Shown in pieces: positions 44,445-57,245 of a stretch of DNA of 64,000 nucleotides. The position numbers and the translations under genes are program-made. Source of the DNA: Phoronis australis (lineage: Eukaryota; Animalia; Phoronida). The DNA lies in assembly GCA_002633005.1 (NCBI GenBank), contig NMRA01000033.1, positions 463,346-527,345 on the forward strand, in the 5' to 3' direction. Position 1 is the first letter of the stretch; the number at the start of each line of letters is the position of its first letter. The notes below the pieces were generated by a model that made no database searches, was not told the origin of the DNA, and was given only the letters and a program-made list of their open reading frames with translations.

Positions 44445-47400
44445 ATGGCTTTCGCACCATCGCAATCGTCACAGTCCGGCGTGGGCAGTTTGTTGGTCAC
44501 GTTCAAGAACATCGAGGATAGATACGACATTGCGCACGATGTACCCGTGACGTTTACGCTGGGTGAGGACGTCAAAGCGTCAGAATGGGTAAGGCGTATA
44601 GCCGTTGACGAACGCATTTGCTTAGCAGGCATGCACGTTCTGTTGAACATGCTTTCAGAAAATGAAATGCGCTGGTTTGTTAATTAGATTTCTCGGAAGC
44701 AATTCGAATGTTCAGCCCTAAAAATGAAAACGTTTTTTACGAATTTCTTCAAAACATTGATAAAAGTTTTCATGAGTGGGTAATTCTCACGAAGACTTGT
44801 TTATATTACTTGCAAAATACGTCCATTTTAGTGTTCGGTGAAAAGTAAAATGATCTTTTGCTTTTCGGTCTTGGTAAGCTTGGTCTACATGAAACACAGT
44901 AAAAATGGACGAAGTCTTGTAGGCCCATTGAAAACTTCAACAATGCCGATTCCTCTTTGCAGGACTGGATTGGTTTGATGAAGACGGACTGGACCGACAC
45001 CAGGGATTACATAGCCTGGGAGTGGGCACCCTCGCAGCCACGTGACAGCAGATGCCCACGTGACAGAGCTGTGACATTTCCAGCTAAAAAACTCAAGGTC
45101 TGCATTTAAGCGGAGGAGTCCGTCGCGGTTCACTCACGTAAAATTGCCGATTTCACGATTCATGTTTTTATATGAGATACACGCATCCCGACACAAGGTT
45201 ATCGCTCTCGACATTGCCATCAATTGTCCACAAGGACGCAACCAATTCTCACCCGGCCGTTTTCCATCACCTCTCGCCTCGATCCCTCATTCGCTTACTG
45301 TCACGGCAGCCCAAAAGTACAAAATAACGCTGACGATGGCCCTGAAATCACGGTTCACAGGTTTACGTTTACGCTCGGCAAAATGTCATTTACAAATCAC
45401 GAAAAGCCCGTCATTACCTCTTTACCTAAATCTGCATTTCCCCTTTATTTTTGAGTTCTTAACCAGGGCGCCTTGGGGCTTAAAAATATTACCACGCTGA
45501 CCCGATCTTGAAATTCTGCCAAATGTGTGACTCAAGTCACACAATGCCAAGTACGAAATAGACCGTCGTTCCTCTGACTCATTAAAAGCTGTTTCCATCA
45601 ATAAGAGAATTGCTTAACTTTTCAAGTCTACAACTGCACTGACGTAAGTGAAGAACAACCATCCACATTATCAATAAAGTCATGAAACCAACAGACATGT
45701 AAAATACTTGTTGAGAATAACATTGAAGAACAATTTATTGACATTGATTCGCAAAAACCATTAAACTAACAGACACTCAATACCTGCATTTGTTTCACAG
45801 AACCTCAACAGTCGCACATGTCGTTACCAGTTTTTATACGCCATCGAGAATCGCACCGTTCTCGGCACCAGCAGAACATTTTCACTTTGTAACGACATCC
45901 GCCGAGACCTTCAACACGAGGTCACGGAAGCAGACACGACAAAAGATGACGAGACAGTGGAAGGTCCAGTGTCAGAGTCCAGTAAGTGGTATTTCAAACA
46001 TTAGACTTTCTTCTAAGACGTGCCTTCTTACTTAAACGAGAAACTTTCAAGGCTATCTACGAGTGTGTTTCCTGAAAGTTACTTAAGGCGCTTCCACTTC
46101 GCAACTGCTGAATAAAGGTTTAGCCAAATTGAGTAGGCCTAATTATGAGTGCATCACAGTCTAAAATAATTTTAACACCAATTATCTCAGCAACTAGCAG
46201 TTATACGTATATTCTCAGAGGCTCTGCACTTTTGCTCAAATGAGATGAAATTATTTTTCAGAAATACTTGTGTGGAGCGTAAGACCAAATTTCAGACTAA
46301 GTCTTAATTCACTTTTCATGAAACTGACCCCAGGCTTCAAAATTATGTTAAGCGCTATGTAATGGGTTCCGATTCCTAAACAACAAATTAATAATAAGGC
46401 ATGCAAAAAGAAATTGGCAATCCTCACTCTTTTCGTAGAAATGTCCAAGCGTTGTAAATGAATATAGCCGCTACATTATTTTCCTTTTGTCAAAACCCAA
46501 ACTACCAAGAAAAGAATAGATTTTGACATTATGTTTAAGGAGAGATTTGTTGCTTTTGTTAGTATTGTTGTTGTTGTTCTAACAAAAGCTTTTCCACTAG
46601 TGTCCCTGTTTCTTGAAACTCGGACTTACCCTTACAAAGCAAGCTCTAAAGAAAAACACCTTTCGTCCACTTTCAGAAACGCTGGAGACGTTGGGATTTA
46701 CGACGAATGTCTATGAATTTCACGACAGTATGACACCATGTCCTCCAGTACCCAGGAAAAGAACATTCGATCCAGTAAGTTTGGTGAGAGATCCGTCGTT
46801 CCCAGTAACCTACTCTCGCCATGTTTGGGAAAACATCGTGAAGACTTACAAAAATAGCCAGGAAAAGGCAGTGGTCCCATACAAACCGATCTACACCATG
46901 GCACCTTCACAAAATGTAAGTTGACAATAATAATGATGATCTCCATGATAGCAAGTAGCAGCACATTTTAACTCGATAAAAACAGCAACGGATTTAAACC
47001 GGCTTGACATGTTTCGGTGTCGTTTATTGAAACACCATCATCAGAAGAAAAGAAAAACACAGTGGCCACCTTGCCAGGCCCAACAACAAGTAATGAAACA
47101 CAGACACAGTCAGTTGCAGGGAGTAACAATAAGCTAGACTAACAATGACATCATGTGGTGTGCCAGTTGCCTATTGAGACTGGACTTGCACCAAGTGATG
47201 TGTAGAGCCTCATGACTTTTAAGCTCCTTTTTTGTTTCTGCTTGGTCTCTTATAGCAGTCATTGAAAAAGCATTGCTGATAACAATGATTGGAGCTCTGT
47301 AGATGAATATTAATATGTGAACCTCCGTCAGAATTTAGATATTCCCTGGTCCGGGTTTTCAAATGGCGAACAGTTTCGCCTTTATAATTGGAGCCACATC

Positions 47401-50034
47401 CAGCACAGATTAATTTGTACACTACCCTAGACCGAAACATTTCAAGCCGGTTTAAATCCGTTGTTGTTTTATTAACAATGACGATCACGAAAAAAGTTGA
47501 AGCATAATAGATCTTACTAGCACACCTTTCGCATGAACTGCATCTAAGAAAGTAGTTCCTCGCCCAATTTCTTTATTGCACACCTGTAATAAACAAATAA
47601 ACAAATCTTTTTTTCGTACACAGAAAATATTAGCTGATCTGTAGTAACAAAAGTTATGTATTTTCTGTCCGTGCATAGAAATCACCAGACCAAGCTAACA
47701 CGCAAATTTTGTCTGCATCCACGGTCACGACCTCACCGACACCAACAGCGAAAAATACACAGAAAAACGAAGCCATCCCTCTGCCATATCACAGCCAGTC
47801 TGCTATTGATGACATCGTACAAGCTTTCAACAACGCCCGTGAAGCTTCGAGCAAGGCCAAGCAATGCAAGGAAGAGCTCGAAGTCCTTCGATTACTCGAA
47901 GAGTTACCATTCGCGCACGAATTTGAAGACGAAAACACGTCGTCAGTAGTAGAACCCAATTCAGAAAATGAAGCAACTGAGAAGTCAGAGCCCGTTTGGA
48001 AATGTATGAAGTTTGGACACATCGCGTCTGATACAAAGGGAGGCGTAAGAAGCAGCAGTTCTTATGGACCAGCAATCAAGTGTCGCCCGAAAAATGCACA
48101 AAAATCTAAGACGCACACCACGTGCGCACGCTCTCAAGAGGCGCTGGAGAAGGAGCTCAAGGATCAACTGTCCGTCATCAGGAAGAGGGAAAGAGGCCTG
48201 GCACACGTGAAGAAGTCGTGTGTTGACTGCAAGCGCAGGCGTGCCTTGGATACGTCAGCAGATGAACAGTGCAAGATCCTTGTGAAAGAAATAGAGGACT
48301 TGCAGGAGGAAAGCAACGGATTGGACGAGATTGTTAGCAATAAGGTATCGTATCTACATCAAATTGGGAAAATTTGTGCGAGTTCATTCGAAATTCACGT
48401 AGTGTCATTAACTGTACTTGTAAGCTATGGTGATCTGCTCTTTAATTGCGTACATAGTTTGTTTTAAGAATTTCCTTGACTTGCCAGGCCTAAACAAAAT
48501 TGCCAAAGTGTAAAGAACATCTTGAGACTACTAAAAGATTCATCCCAGAAAATGGTACTGTTGGTTTCATAGCAACAAATCTTTTCAAAAAGCAGTGAAC
48601 AAGAAAATACATGTGGTAAAATCTGTATTGTGTTTTTTTTCAGAACAATGTTATCCATGAACTGTCCATTAGCTTAAAAAATCTTATCAAAGAAAACAGT
48701 GTTCTGACGTCAGAGGTAGAAGACTTACGACGCCAGCTACAAGTGACCAAACGGTCACGAAATTTGACGAGAGAATTGGAAAAGGTGAACCAATCGGTGA
48801 AGGCGTGTCGTATGACTGACGAGATTAGTGACCTACATGTGGCTAAAATGATAATGATGGAAAAAAACGTGAGCAACTAAGCAATGACGCTTATTTACAC
48901 ATAAAAGTTCTAGTTTTAAGTGACCTTTGCTAAAACAAACACCACAGGAAACTGGGACATGTCTGACTCTGAAAATAAGTTCCCGCTCTTAGCGTATTCA
49001 GGTCACCAACCTTAGATGCATCTTTGATCAAGTAAAGTCTATCACAGGAGGAACGAAAGCCGAAGTTCTGACTTAAATTTACATACTACGAAAAAGGTGA
49101 CTATTGGCTAAAAGTTTCAAAAATAAGACATTACAAAAACCACAGTTGCGATAACTTTAAATCACCTTCCGAGATTTATTTTTATAAGCAGCATATGAAA
49201 GAAATAACTTAACATAAGATCACAAGATAAGGATGAAAGTTGCTAGAAGATACAGAGGAGCTTTGTGATTCAGCCTTGTGCTGGTTAGTGGTACATAACA
49301 CTTCCTATGACATGTTGTTTGTGTGCTTTCCTTATAGACGCAACAACAACAGGAAATACGACAGCTCACACAATCTAAAGAAGCAACTCAAAAACAATTG
49401 GACGACTTGCTGTACACCTTGTCCCTGAAGGGCTACAACACAATGGTGGATGCAAACAGTGAGTATAGATTCGGTGAACTGTAGTATCCGAACAAAAGAT
49501 ATATTCATGACTGTAGCTAATAGGAAACGTTTCCTCTTCCCTATAGGCAACGGTCCGGTTTGGTGGTCTTTGATCTTAAGAATCAATTTCATTATCCGAA
49601 TAACGGACATAAGTCATTGATTGCTGGGCTGTCAAAGTCGGGGACAGTAGAAAGAGACTTTTTCCTAAGTTTTTGTCACACGGCTTAGGCGGACGCTTTG
49701 GTGACCATGAGGTAGATATAGAACACACAGCTTTTATAAAGCTGCATTCTGTCCTGTTTAGCTGGATAAATACGGAAATCAAATTAGACCATTTGTTCTC
49801 ATAAAATCGGCCTCATAACATTCTTTACCGTAAGAGGGTTCCGTTGCCGTTATCAGCTTGAGTGAGACAATAACACCATTTTCGAGTTCGAGGGTTGACC
49901 AACACCAATAATGTCTGAAGCGTTTTTTTAGTCACTGTTGGTTTCGATACTTTTGTTGGTCTACTTCTATTTGCGTTATTTAGTCAACTAAACAGGGTGA
50001 ACTGCAGCTTTAAGCGCCTTTAACATGCTGCTCA

Positions 50035-50094
<60 letters not shown>

Positions 50095-53000
50095 GCACAC
50101 GCACACAAACAAACAAAAGAAAACCTGCACACATCTAAAGAATTTTCGGTAATAATCACAAGAAAATACTGTACAATTCTTGTTCCTCTTTAGACAACAC
50201 AGTCGATCTGCAAGGGCGACAGGGCAGGTCAGTACAACTACTCGGCTGGGACATCGTAACCACCAAGAGACCGTCGAAAATGAACGACAAGCTGATCACC
50301 CAGCTGCGCGTGCTCGAGGAGGACAATGATCGGTTGGCGGAAGAAAACGTCAGCTTGCGCGAGTGCAACTCGGAGCTGCAGCTACGCAACGACGAGTTCC
50401 GAAAGCAGATTGACCAACTGGCGCGGGACTGCGACGTGGAAAGGCAGAATCGAGACAACTATGCGTCTGAGCTGGAAAGGACGCAAGAGATCGTAGGCGA
50501 CCTGAGGGAGGAGAACCTCGAGCTGCAAAGTACACTCTGCGACACAGAGCGCAATATGGGCAAAGTGGCGGAGCAAGAAGAGCTGATTGAACAGTTGAGG
50601 AAGGAAATAGAGAGGCTAAAGGAGACATCACCCGGTCAAGACGGCAGTCCTATGAGCATTAGGCAGGAATTGGAGGTAACTACATTGAATGTTTGTCTAT
50701 AGGCCAACACAGCAAAGCTATTGAACTATAAATTGTCGCTACAATGTGGGCGTTGCGGTATCTAAAAAGTTTAATCATTCAACAAATTGAAGTTGAGAAA
50801 TCGGTTTACCCGTTTGGACAGCATTTACAATGTCTAGACCTTGCGTTGCAAAACTATCACTTGATGTTAAAATAAAAACAGCTCGTGACACTTAAGCAAC
50901 ACAATCACTTTCCACCGCAGAAAGATGACTTTCGGATTTGTTCTCGTTGCAGGCCAATCCACCCGTAAATCGTGGCCTGTTTACGAGAATTTTTGACGAG
51001 ATTCTTCCGAACATAAAATCAGCAATCACACAAAATCTCAGACGAATTACATAAGGACACTACGGGTAAATGCTCCTTTCTTTTGTAAAAAGGATGGAAT
51101 AGTATAACCGAAACTTAATATAACACCAAAAAAAAAACGGACAATCGCCGCTCAACTGAAAAAGTATTACTCGACGTTTCGTCTATTCATTAGACATCAT
51201 CAGGATACAAGCAATCAGACATCAAGTGTCGACATACGAGTCATGTTACATACATGAAGTGAAATGAGTGCAACAACAATGACAGGAAATAGTGAACAGG
51301 TCATCACCATAGCTGTAGGGTCAATGAGCCCTGCATGTAATTCAGAGAACCAGCAGCATGCAGGTCCTGAATGGACAGTGATACTTTATTGTAAATTCCT
51401 TTATAGATTCTTTACAAATTATACTGACTGAATTAGCTTTGTGATTGTTACAGACACAATGTCTATAGCCGTTGTTTTTGACACATTGTCTGTAGACGTT
51501 GCTTTTGTCTGAGGTGTAATCTGTCACAGCGGCGTTTCTGTGTGAATCAATATAGAATTCGAATTGATTACATTAAAGAGTCACTGACCATTCAGGACCA
51601 GCATGCTGCTGGTTCCCTGAATATAACCGACAGAGCTCGGTGAACTTACTGCTATGGTGATGACCCGTTTACCATTTTCTGTCATTGTTGTTGCACTCAT
51701 TTCACTTCATGGGTGTAACCCGACTCGTATGTCGACACTTGTCTGATTGTTTGAATCCTGATGATGTCTAATGAATAGACAAAAGGTCGAATTAATATGA
51801 ACTTTTTCATTTGTGCTATGATAGTCCGTTTTTTTTATTCTATTATGGCCAAAAATTGATGAAATTAATATAGCATACTCTAATTTCTACGAGTGCGAGA
51901 GTCATTTCGTAATTTGAGTCTGAGTGATGTTAACACAAAAATTACGATCAGTCAAACACATTCTAAATGCTGTCAAAAAAATTGAAATTACAGTTGTACT
52001 TTAAATTTTTACATTCTTTTTATGCCAGCTCCGGTATCATTTCTGTCATTTCACTACAACTTTCCATCTTTTTGTTACTAATTATTTGAAAATAATTTCC
52101 ATTATCTCATTTGTAAATGTTTTGTTCTATTTATTTTTATTTGTAACACTTAACGTAAACCTTTGTTTACTACTTAGTTTTTCTTTAATTACTTTTGTAT
52201 CTTGGACCAAGGGGGAAATGAGTTTTTAAATATTCTCGTGTTGTACTTGTCAGCATGGCTTTTAGTTGTCATCTCTGAGGCAACCTTGTAAATCTGTTAC
52301 TCCACATATGTCTTATTCACAGTATATCGCACATTCTCTGTGGACAATATAACTTCAGTCAACTAATCAACCAATCACTCTATCATGGGCTTTCATTGAA
52401 GGATGTCACAAAGAAACTTCAGGAAAAGGCCACAAAACTCGACACAAAAACTCGCAAGTTAGTGGACAAGATGAAAAAGTTGAAACAGGCAAAGGCTGAC
52501 CTCGCCCGCTCGGAGGCGCTGCTTCAGGATCTGACAGATAAAGAGCGCGCACTCACCAGGATACTGCTACGTGACCGCAAGCAGAAAGTTCACATGGCCA
52601 ACCGTTTCCGCGAACGCGAGGAGGAGTTGCAGACGCGCGTGAAGTGTCTAGAGCACATGATGGAAGCAAACCGACTCCTACAAAAGGTATCGTGGAACGG
52701 TAGTTTTAACTAGACTTTCGTATTTTCCTCTAATTTCAAAGGATCTCAAAAGCACTAAAATACTCATCCATGGTATTCTCCAGTGCATTCTTAAAATAGA
52801 TATTTCTTTTTTGAATTTGCAGTCACGGCAGAGGTCTAGTTCAATACATCAATCAGCGGCTCACACTCCGTGGAACATCGTCAGTGAAGACCTTCATTCC
52901 ACTGACAGCATGTCATCCGCTCTAGCCTTGTTGGCCCTTTCCTATGCAGACACGCTGGAAGCTGAAAACGATAACTTCAGCGAGACACTGATGCCGCGCT

Positions 53001-53641
53001 TGACAGACCCACTGAAATTGCGAAGTCGTGTGACTACGCAGTCCATGTCCGCTCTGACAGACCTGAGTCTCCCATCACCAGATGCAAAGACCGAGAAGGT
53101 AGAGGTGAATGAATCCGATGTATTGGTGGAATTACAAACCGTGTTTTCCTCGGACTTGTTGAAATGGGGAGATAACGAACCTTTAGATTTGAGCACGCGT
53201 GCATCAAGTGTTCGAGAACCACAGAAAGACATGGACACTAACTGCGTCACGCAAAAACGCACATACAGCGAAGTAGTGAAAGGTTTCCGAACACATATGC
53301 CAAGCAATAGGTCTGAAGACGAAATATTCGAAACGGGGGTAGAACTCATAGGAGAAGAGCCGCTCAGTGCGTGGCCTGAACTCAAGAAGATCTACAACGT
53401 TGAAGAGGCGGCGACACTAAAGCCCATACAGGAGACCGAAGACCTGGACACCGGCAAATCTAGCTACATACCAAAACTGCCGGGTCCAATCCAAACCTTC
53501 CCCGCTTCCTGCTACTGCTGTCCAGATTCGGTCACGGCTTTCCCACAGTCATGCCCGTACTGCCTGCTAGATTTCCCTAAGCACTTCGACGTCGCCACCG
53601 TCCAGAAACATATACAGCGCCACGAGCGTCTGGGTTCTTAA
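44445..53641 (+). CDS. TAX1BP1/CALCOCO (NDP52)-family protein: N-terminal SKICH domain, long linker, coiled coils, C-terminal UBZ1-type zinc finger; ~1098 aa, 10 coding exons
   Basis: Exons 44445-44588 (VTFKNIEDRY..VTFTLGEDVKASEW), 44963-45097 (DWIGLMKTDWTDTRDYIAWEWAP..VTFPAKKL) and 45801-45981 (YQFLYAIENRTVLGTSRTFSL) give the SKICH signatures. Further exons: 46677-46915, 47679-48344, 48644-48868, 49338-49458, 50194-50675 and 52402-52686 (heptad-rich coiled coil), then 52823-53641 ending CPYCLLDFPKHFDVATVQKHIQRH. Phases join into one 3297-nt ORF. Some internal boundaries are uncertain (46677; 48868 vs 48784). Confidence 0.85.
46112..46332. repeat. Dispersed MITE-like repeat (second copy ~55762-55935)
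   Basis: Shared aaaggtttagccaa..aattatgag..attatctc..ctctgcacttttgc..tgtggagcgtaagaccaaatttcaga..cttttca. Confidence 0.7.
46972..47475 (-). mobile_element. Penelope-like element 3' remnant: GIY-YIG endonuclease fragment plus pLTR, with a short inverted pLTR segment at the 5' junction
   Basis: Minus-strand SRVVYKLICAGCGSNYKGETVRHLKTRTREYL..SHINIHL (GIY-YIG). 47431-47473 accgaaacat.tcaagccggtttaaatccgttg.tgtttt is the inverse of ~46977-47018. Confidence 0.82.
47003..47047 (-). ncRNA. Minimal type I hammerhead ribozyme (Penelope pLTR type)
   Basis: Minus strand: ctt-CTGATGA-t-ggtgt[ttcaataaacg]acacc-GAAA-catGTC-aag. Core boxes, 5-bp stem II, palindromic ACATGT stem III and ctt/aag stem I are present. 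Confidence 0.72.
50036..50107. repeat. (CA)n microsatellite
   Basis: Pure CA run of ~27 units with a gcac-interrupted tail. Confidence 0.98.
51128..51838. mobile_element. Penelope-like remnant forming a large inverted repeat (arms ~51128-51395 and ~51568-51838) around degenerate GIY-YIG sequence
   Basis: Arms are reverse complements (catgaagtgaaatgagtgcaacaacaatgacag / ctgtcattgttgttgcactcatttcacttcatg). The plus arm translates IKESLTIQDQHAAGSLN, typical of a PLE endonuclease C-terminus. Both arms end in a hammerhead-like motif. Confidence 0.78.
51164..51208 (-). ncRNA. Minimal type I hammerhead ribozyme (Penelope pLTR type)
   Basis: Minus strand: gtatc-CTGATGA-t-gtcta[atgaa]tagac-GAAA-cGTC-gagtaatac. 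Intact core with palindromic ACGT stem III. Confidence 0.75.
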
Positions 53642-56559
53642 TGACCCCCGATAGAAGTGAACACATAAAAATACGGAATTTTACACGACGGACACAATGT
53701 AACCTCGTTACTGTAGCAGATACTGGCAATGTCCAGACGCTCGAAGGAGCTTAACCAACGTCCTCGTTCATGAGCGATATCATTTAGACGGTTCGACGTC
53801 TCCTATATTTTCATCAGTGACCACCATCTTTGGCAATGGCCAAACATTACCTAACCGCGCCAGAACTATTGTCCTGCAAAAGTGAATCTGCACTGGTCCT
53901 GACTGTGCTAACTGCTGTCTAGAAAACTATGAAAGTCTTACGAAAGCATTTCCGATTAAAAAAATGTACGAGCTGCTGTCGAGAAATGACGCATCTGCTT
54001 GACATGCGGGCCGGTAGATTAGATACCAATGGCACGAGCGGTTTATGCCATCCTGTAGTATAAAGAATTGGGAGTTTGACAAAGTATGCCTGAGAATGAA
54101 TGAAGTTGACATGACAGAGCACACGCTAGATTTTTTGAGGATGTCAATTTTCCCTGCACTATGACGTTTCGAGCGACTGCGGAATTTTAGATGGATTGTT
54201 GAAGTGCTGTCACGGCGAGCGGCGGTTGCGCACGCAGTTTGGGCTCTATTCACCGGTCAACACCACCGGCGCCTTTTCCAGGTCACCATAGTCCGGCTAT
54301 GTCCGACTGAACGAACTTAGGGGTAAGGGACAGTCTGTCTATGTGCCGACTAACAACAAAGGGACCATACTACTGGCTATGCCCAGTCTACATCAACGGG
54401 TTTGGTAGGGAATTCAAGGCTACGCAATCCCTGGGGTCTTTTTCATTTTTTCAACTTATCGCTGTTTCCATTTTCAACACGGGGCATGTTAAAACGCCGA
54501 CAGAAAGGAGTGCCAGTTACGGAAGAGCCTGTTGTAGACACAATTCCATCTAACAGCGTGCATATAATCAAGCTTGTAGCCTATGTGCCATCACAAATAT
54601 TGTGGCCCGTTAAATAGTTCTGCGTAAAGAACCTTTCTTAACTCCATTCAGCAAACATAGACACCCGAAAGAATAACACAAAACATTTTTTGTAAAACCT
54701 GTGCAACCGCTAGTGGGTTTATGCTTTAGTTCAGCAGACGACCCGACTCGGAACCAGAGGTGTCAATAAAGACACGAGGTCAACATGACGTGATGTACAC
54801 GCTTACACAGGGACACACCGTCAGCCTTGTTATTGCCAGTGAGAATTGGTCTTGGCACAGAAGAATGTACAAGAGAATGCAAGAAGCACATGAGACGAGC
54901 GTGAATGTGTTGGTGATCTGAGTAATTTTGGAGACTTAGACATTGCTAGGTAACGTTTCAGCTAGCCCAGCATAGACAATGGAAACAGCTAAGTAACTGA
55001 AATTGAAGAAAAATAAAAATTGCAAAAAGGCACTGACTATTTTATATTAAATAAATGCACAGATACAACCTACATCAGATTAATATTAACACTTGAATTT
55101 ATATTTAACAAGCATATAACAGATACAACAGCAATAACACTAGTATCTACAGAAATTCCAAAACATACGTGGGCAGAACAATCAAGGACAGCGATGTTAA
55201 CAGGTGTGATATAGAAGTGTAATCACATTTGAGAAATAAATTATACCTAAACAATTAGAAAAGTTAAAATAGAGTCACAGGTTCAATTCATGCATGAAGT
55301 GATACCCAAAATTCCCTTCCCATGGATTCATGTTTTACTACTGGAAGGTATTGCAAGTAGCTTATCCTGTTCAATCCGCCATCTTTTTGATCAAATCACG
55401 TGACCTACTGGAAGGTAGCAAGATGTAATTTTACCCAGTATTGTCTTTAAGGCTACCCACTAGTCACTAAAATACAGATTGCCAGTCTTATGCAAAAGCT
55501 CAGCGCAATTTCTGCAGCTTTTCTAATGACCTCATAAAGAGATTATGAACTGCTAACAACTGCGACAATTTTGACAACAAACACCCCATGTACCATAAGG
55601 CACAATGTCATTACAGCCACCGATCCGGTTCACGACCAGATGGTGTATCATGACAAAAGATGGCCACACGTGACACTTGACATCCCTCATACATAAGAGC
55701 CTGTTTCATGAGAGAGACTTGACACTTGAGACATTAATTTGGTCCGATGCTCCATTGTTGAAAAAGGTTTAGCCAAGCAATTATGAGCACATTATAGAAA
55801 TTATCTCTGACAGTAAAAAGCAGGTATGTGCATATTCTCAGACTTTGCACTTTTGCACAGTGAGATTGAATTGTTGATTTGTGGAGCGTAAGACCAAATT
55901 TCAGATTTAAGTCGCTTTTCAGTAAAGCAGCCTTCAGCGGCTGGACTGGAGATACAGACACCCTGGCGCTCCCTGTGTCCAGTGCCAGCATAACATTCAG
56001 AACACACCAACATTGTTGAGACAAAATGACCTGAAGTTACCCGTCATGGTGGCTGGGTCGTCACTCATGACCGGTAATGAAGGTGAATTAACAGGAAAGT
56101 TAGCATAATAGTCATTCTGTAATAAGAATTGTGTCTCCATCACAACTCTTATCACTTGTTTTTGCCGTTAACAGAATTGGCCGTCATGACGGGAAATGTC
56201 ATTTTGTCCGTTTATTTTAGTCTTACTGTGACACCTGATGTCTACACTTACAAGTAAAAATGGAGAACGACATTTGGTGAAATTAAATAACGGATAACAA
56301 CGAAGATGATGAATAAGGATGACAAAAGTGATAGTAAGAAAAAACATGTGCACTGAAACTTGGCGAAATTTAATGATACATGATAACCATCATGATGATG
56401 GTGAATGACCAAAATAATGACAAAAATGAAAGAAACAACCATGTACAGTAGATGGTATACCAACAAAAGTGATGCGAAGAATCAGTCAATAAAAGCGCAA
56501 ACGTCAGTTAATCTCGAGAAACTGGAGAATGGTGGGTAGTAGCGAAAAGCAGATGGTGT

Positions 56560-57245
56560 GCCTACATACTAAATTTCAGAATGATCCTTCAAATGATAAC
56601 AAAGCTATGGCTCAAAAAGTGACCGCTGCTAATTTCAACCCAAAACAATAGGCCTCAAGCTAAGGAGGAGACGTGTTGTGGAAAAATTTCATGTCGGTTG
56701 GAAAAGATATGCAACGTGTAGAGTGCGAGCAAAGTTCAAGTTAATAGAACAAAAATATGGTATGTGAGGCAACCAACGTACTTGAGTTGATTCTCAGCCA
56801 TCAGGACCACACACACATCTTGTAGATCTTAAGATCTAGTCAAATATTTAATTTCAAAAAAGCCCGTTACAGGACACTGCAGCTATGGCATGAAAAATTG
56901 ACCAATAAAAGAGCAGTCACCAGAAAATCTCAAATAAGCCTGAAACTATCATTGCAAGATATGAATAACATACTTCAGATAGCATTTGACAAGATGTATC
57001 AACATACCAACATTCACAGAGATCTCATGAAGCAAAAATTCGAAAAATGGCGTCACAGCGACATCTTGCGTCTAATTCAACCCCAAAAGAATAAGCCACG
57101 GGCTTTTCACAACATATATATTGTGGGTATATTTTATTTCGACGGAATGAAAAATGTAACCTGTAGAGAGGTTACAAACTAACAAACAAAAAACAAACTT
57201 CATGACAGAGCGACATAGTTTGCAAAATTTTATTTGGCCAATTAA
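56560..57245. mobile_element. Possible degenerate HINE-like element
   Basis: Motifs resemble the 14.7-15.9 kb element (ctacatactaaatttca, cataccaacattcac), ending in an (aaac)n-like tract. Weak similarity only. Confidence 0.3.

Noticed and set aside
46601-46716. Alternative acceptor at 46601 for exon 4 of the TAX1BP1-like gene
   Set aside because: With the phase-1 donor at 45981 it leads to a stop at 46714-46716; the acceptor at 46677 keeps the frame.
49547-49690. Possible extra exon after ttccctatag
   Set aside because: It hits a stop in the required phase, and exon 49338-49458 joins 50194 in frame without it.
51758-51790. Plus-strand hammerhead ribozyme
   Set aside because: The GAAAC core is mutated to AAAAG and predicted inactive, so it is reported only within a finding.
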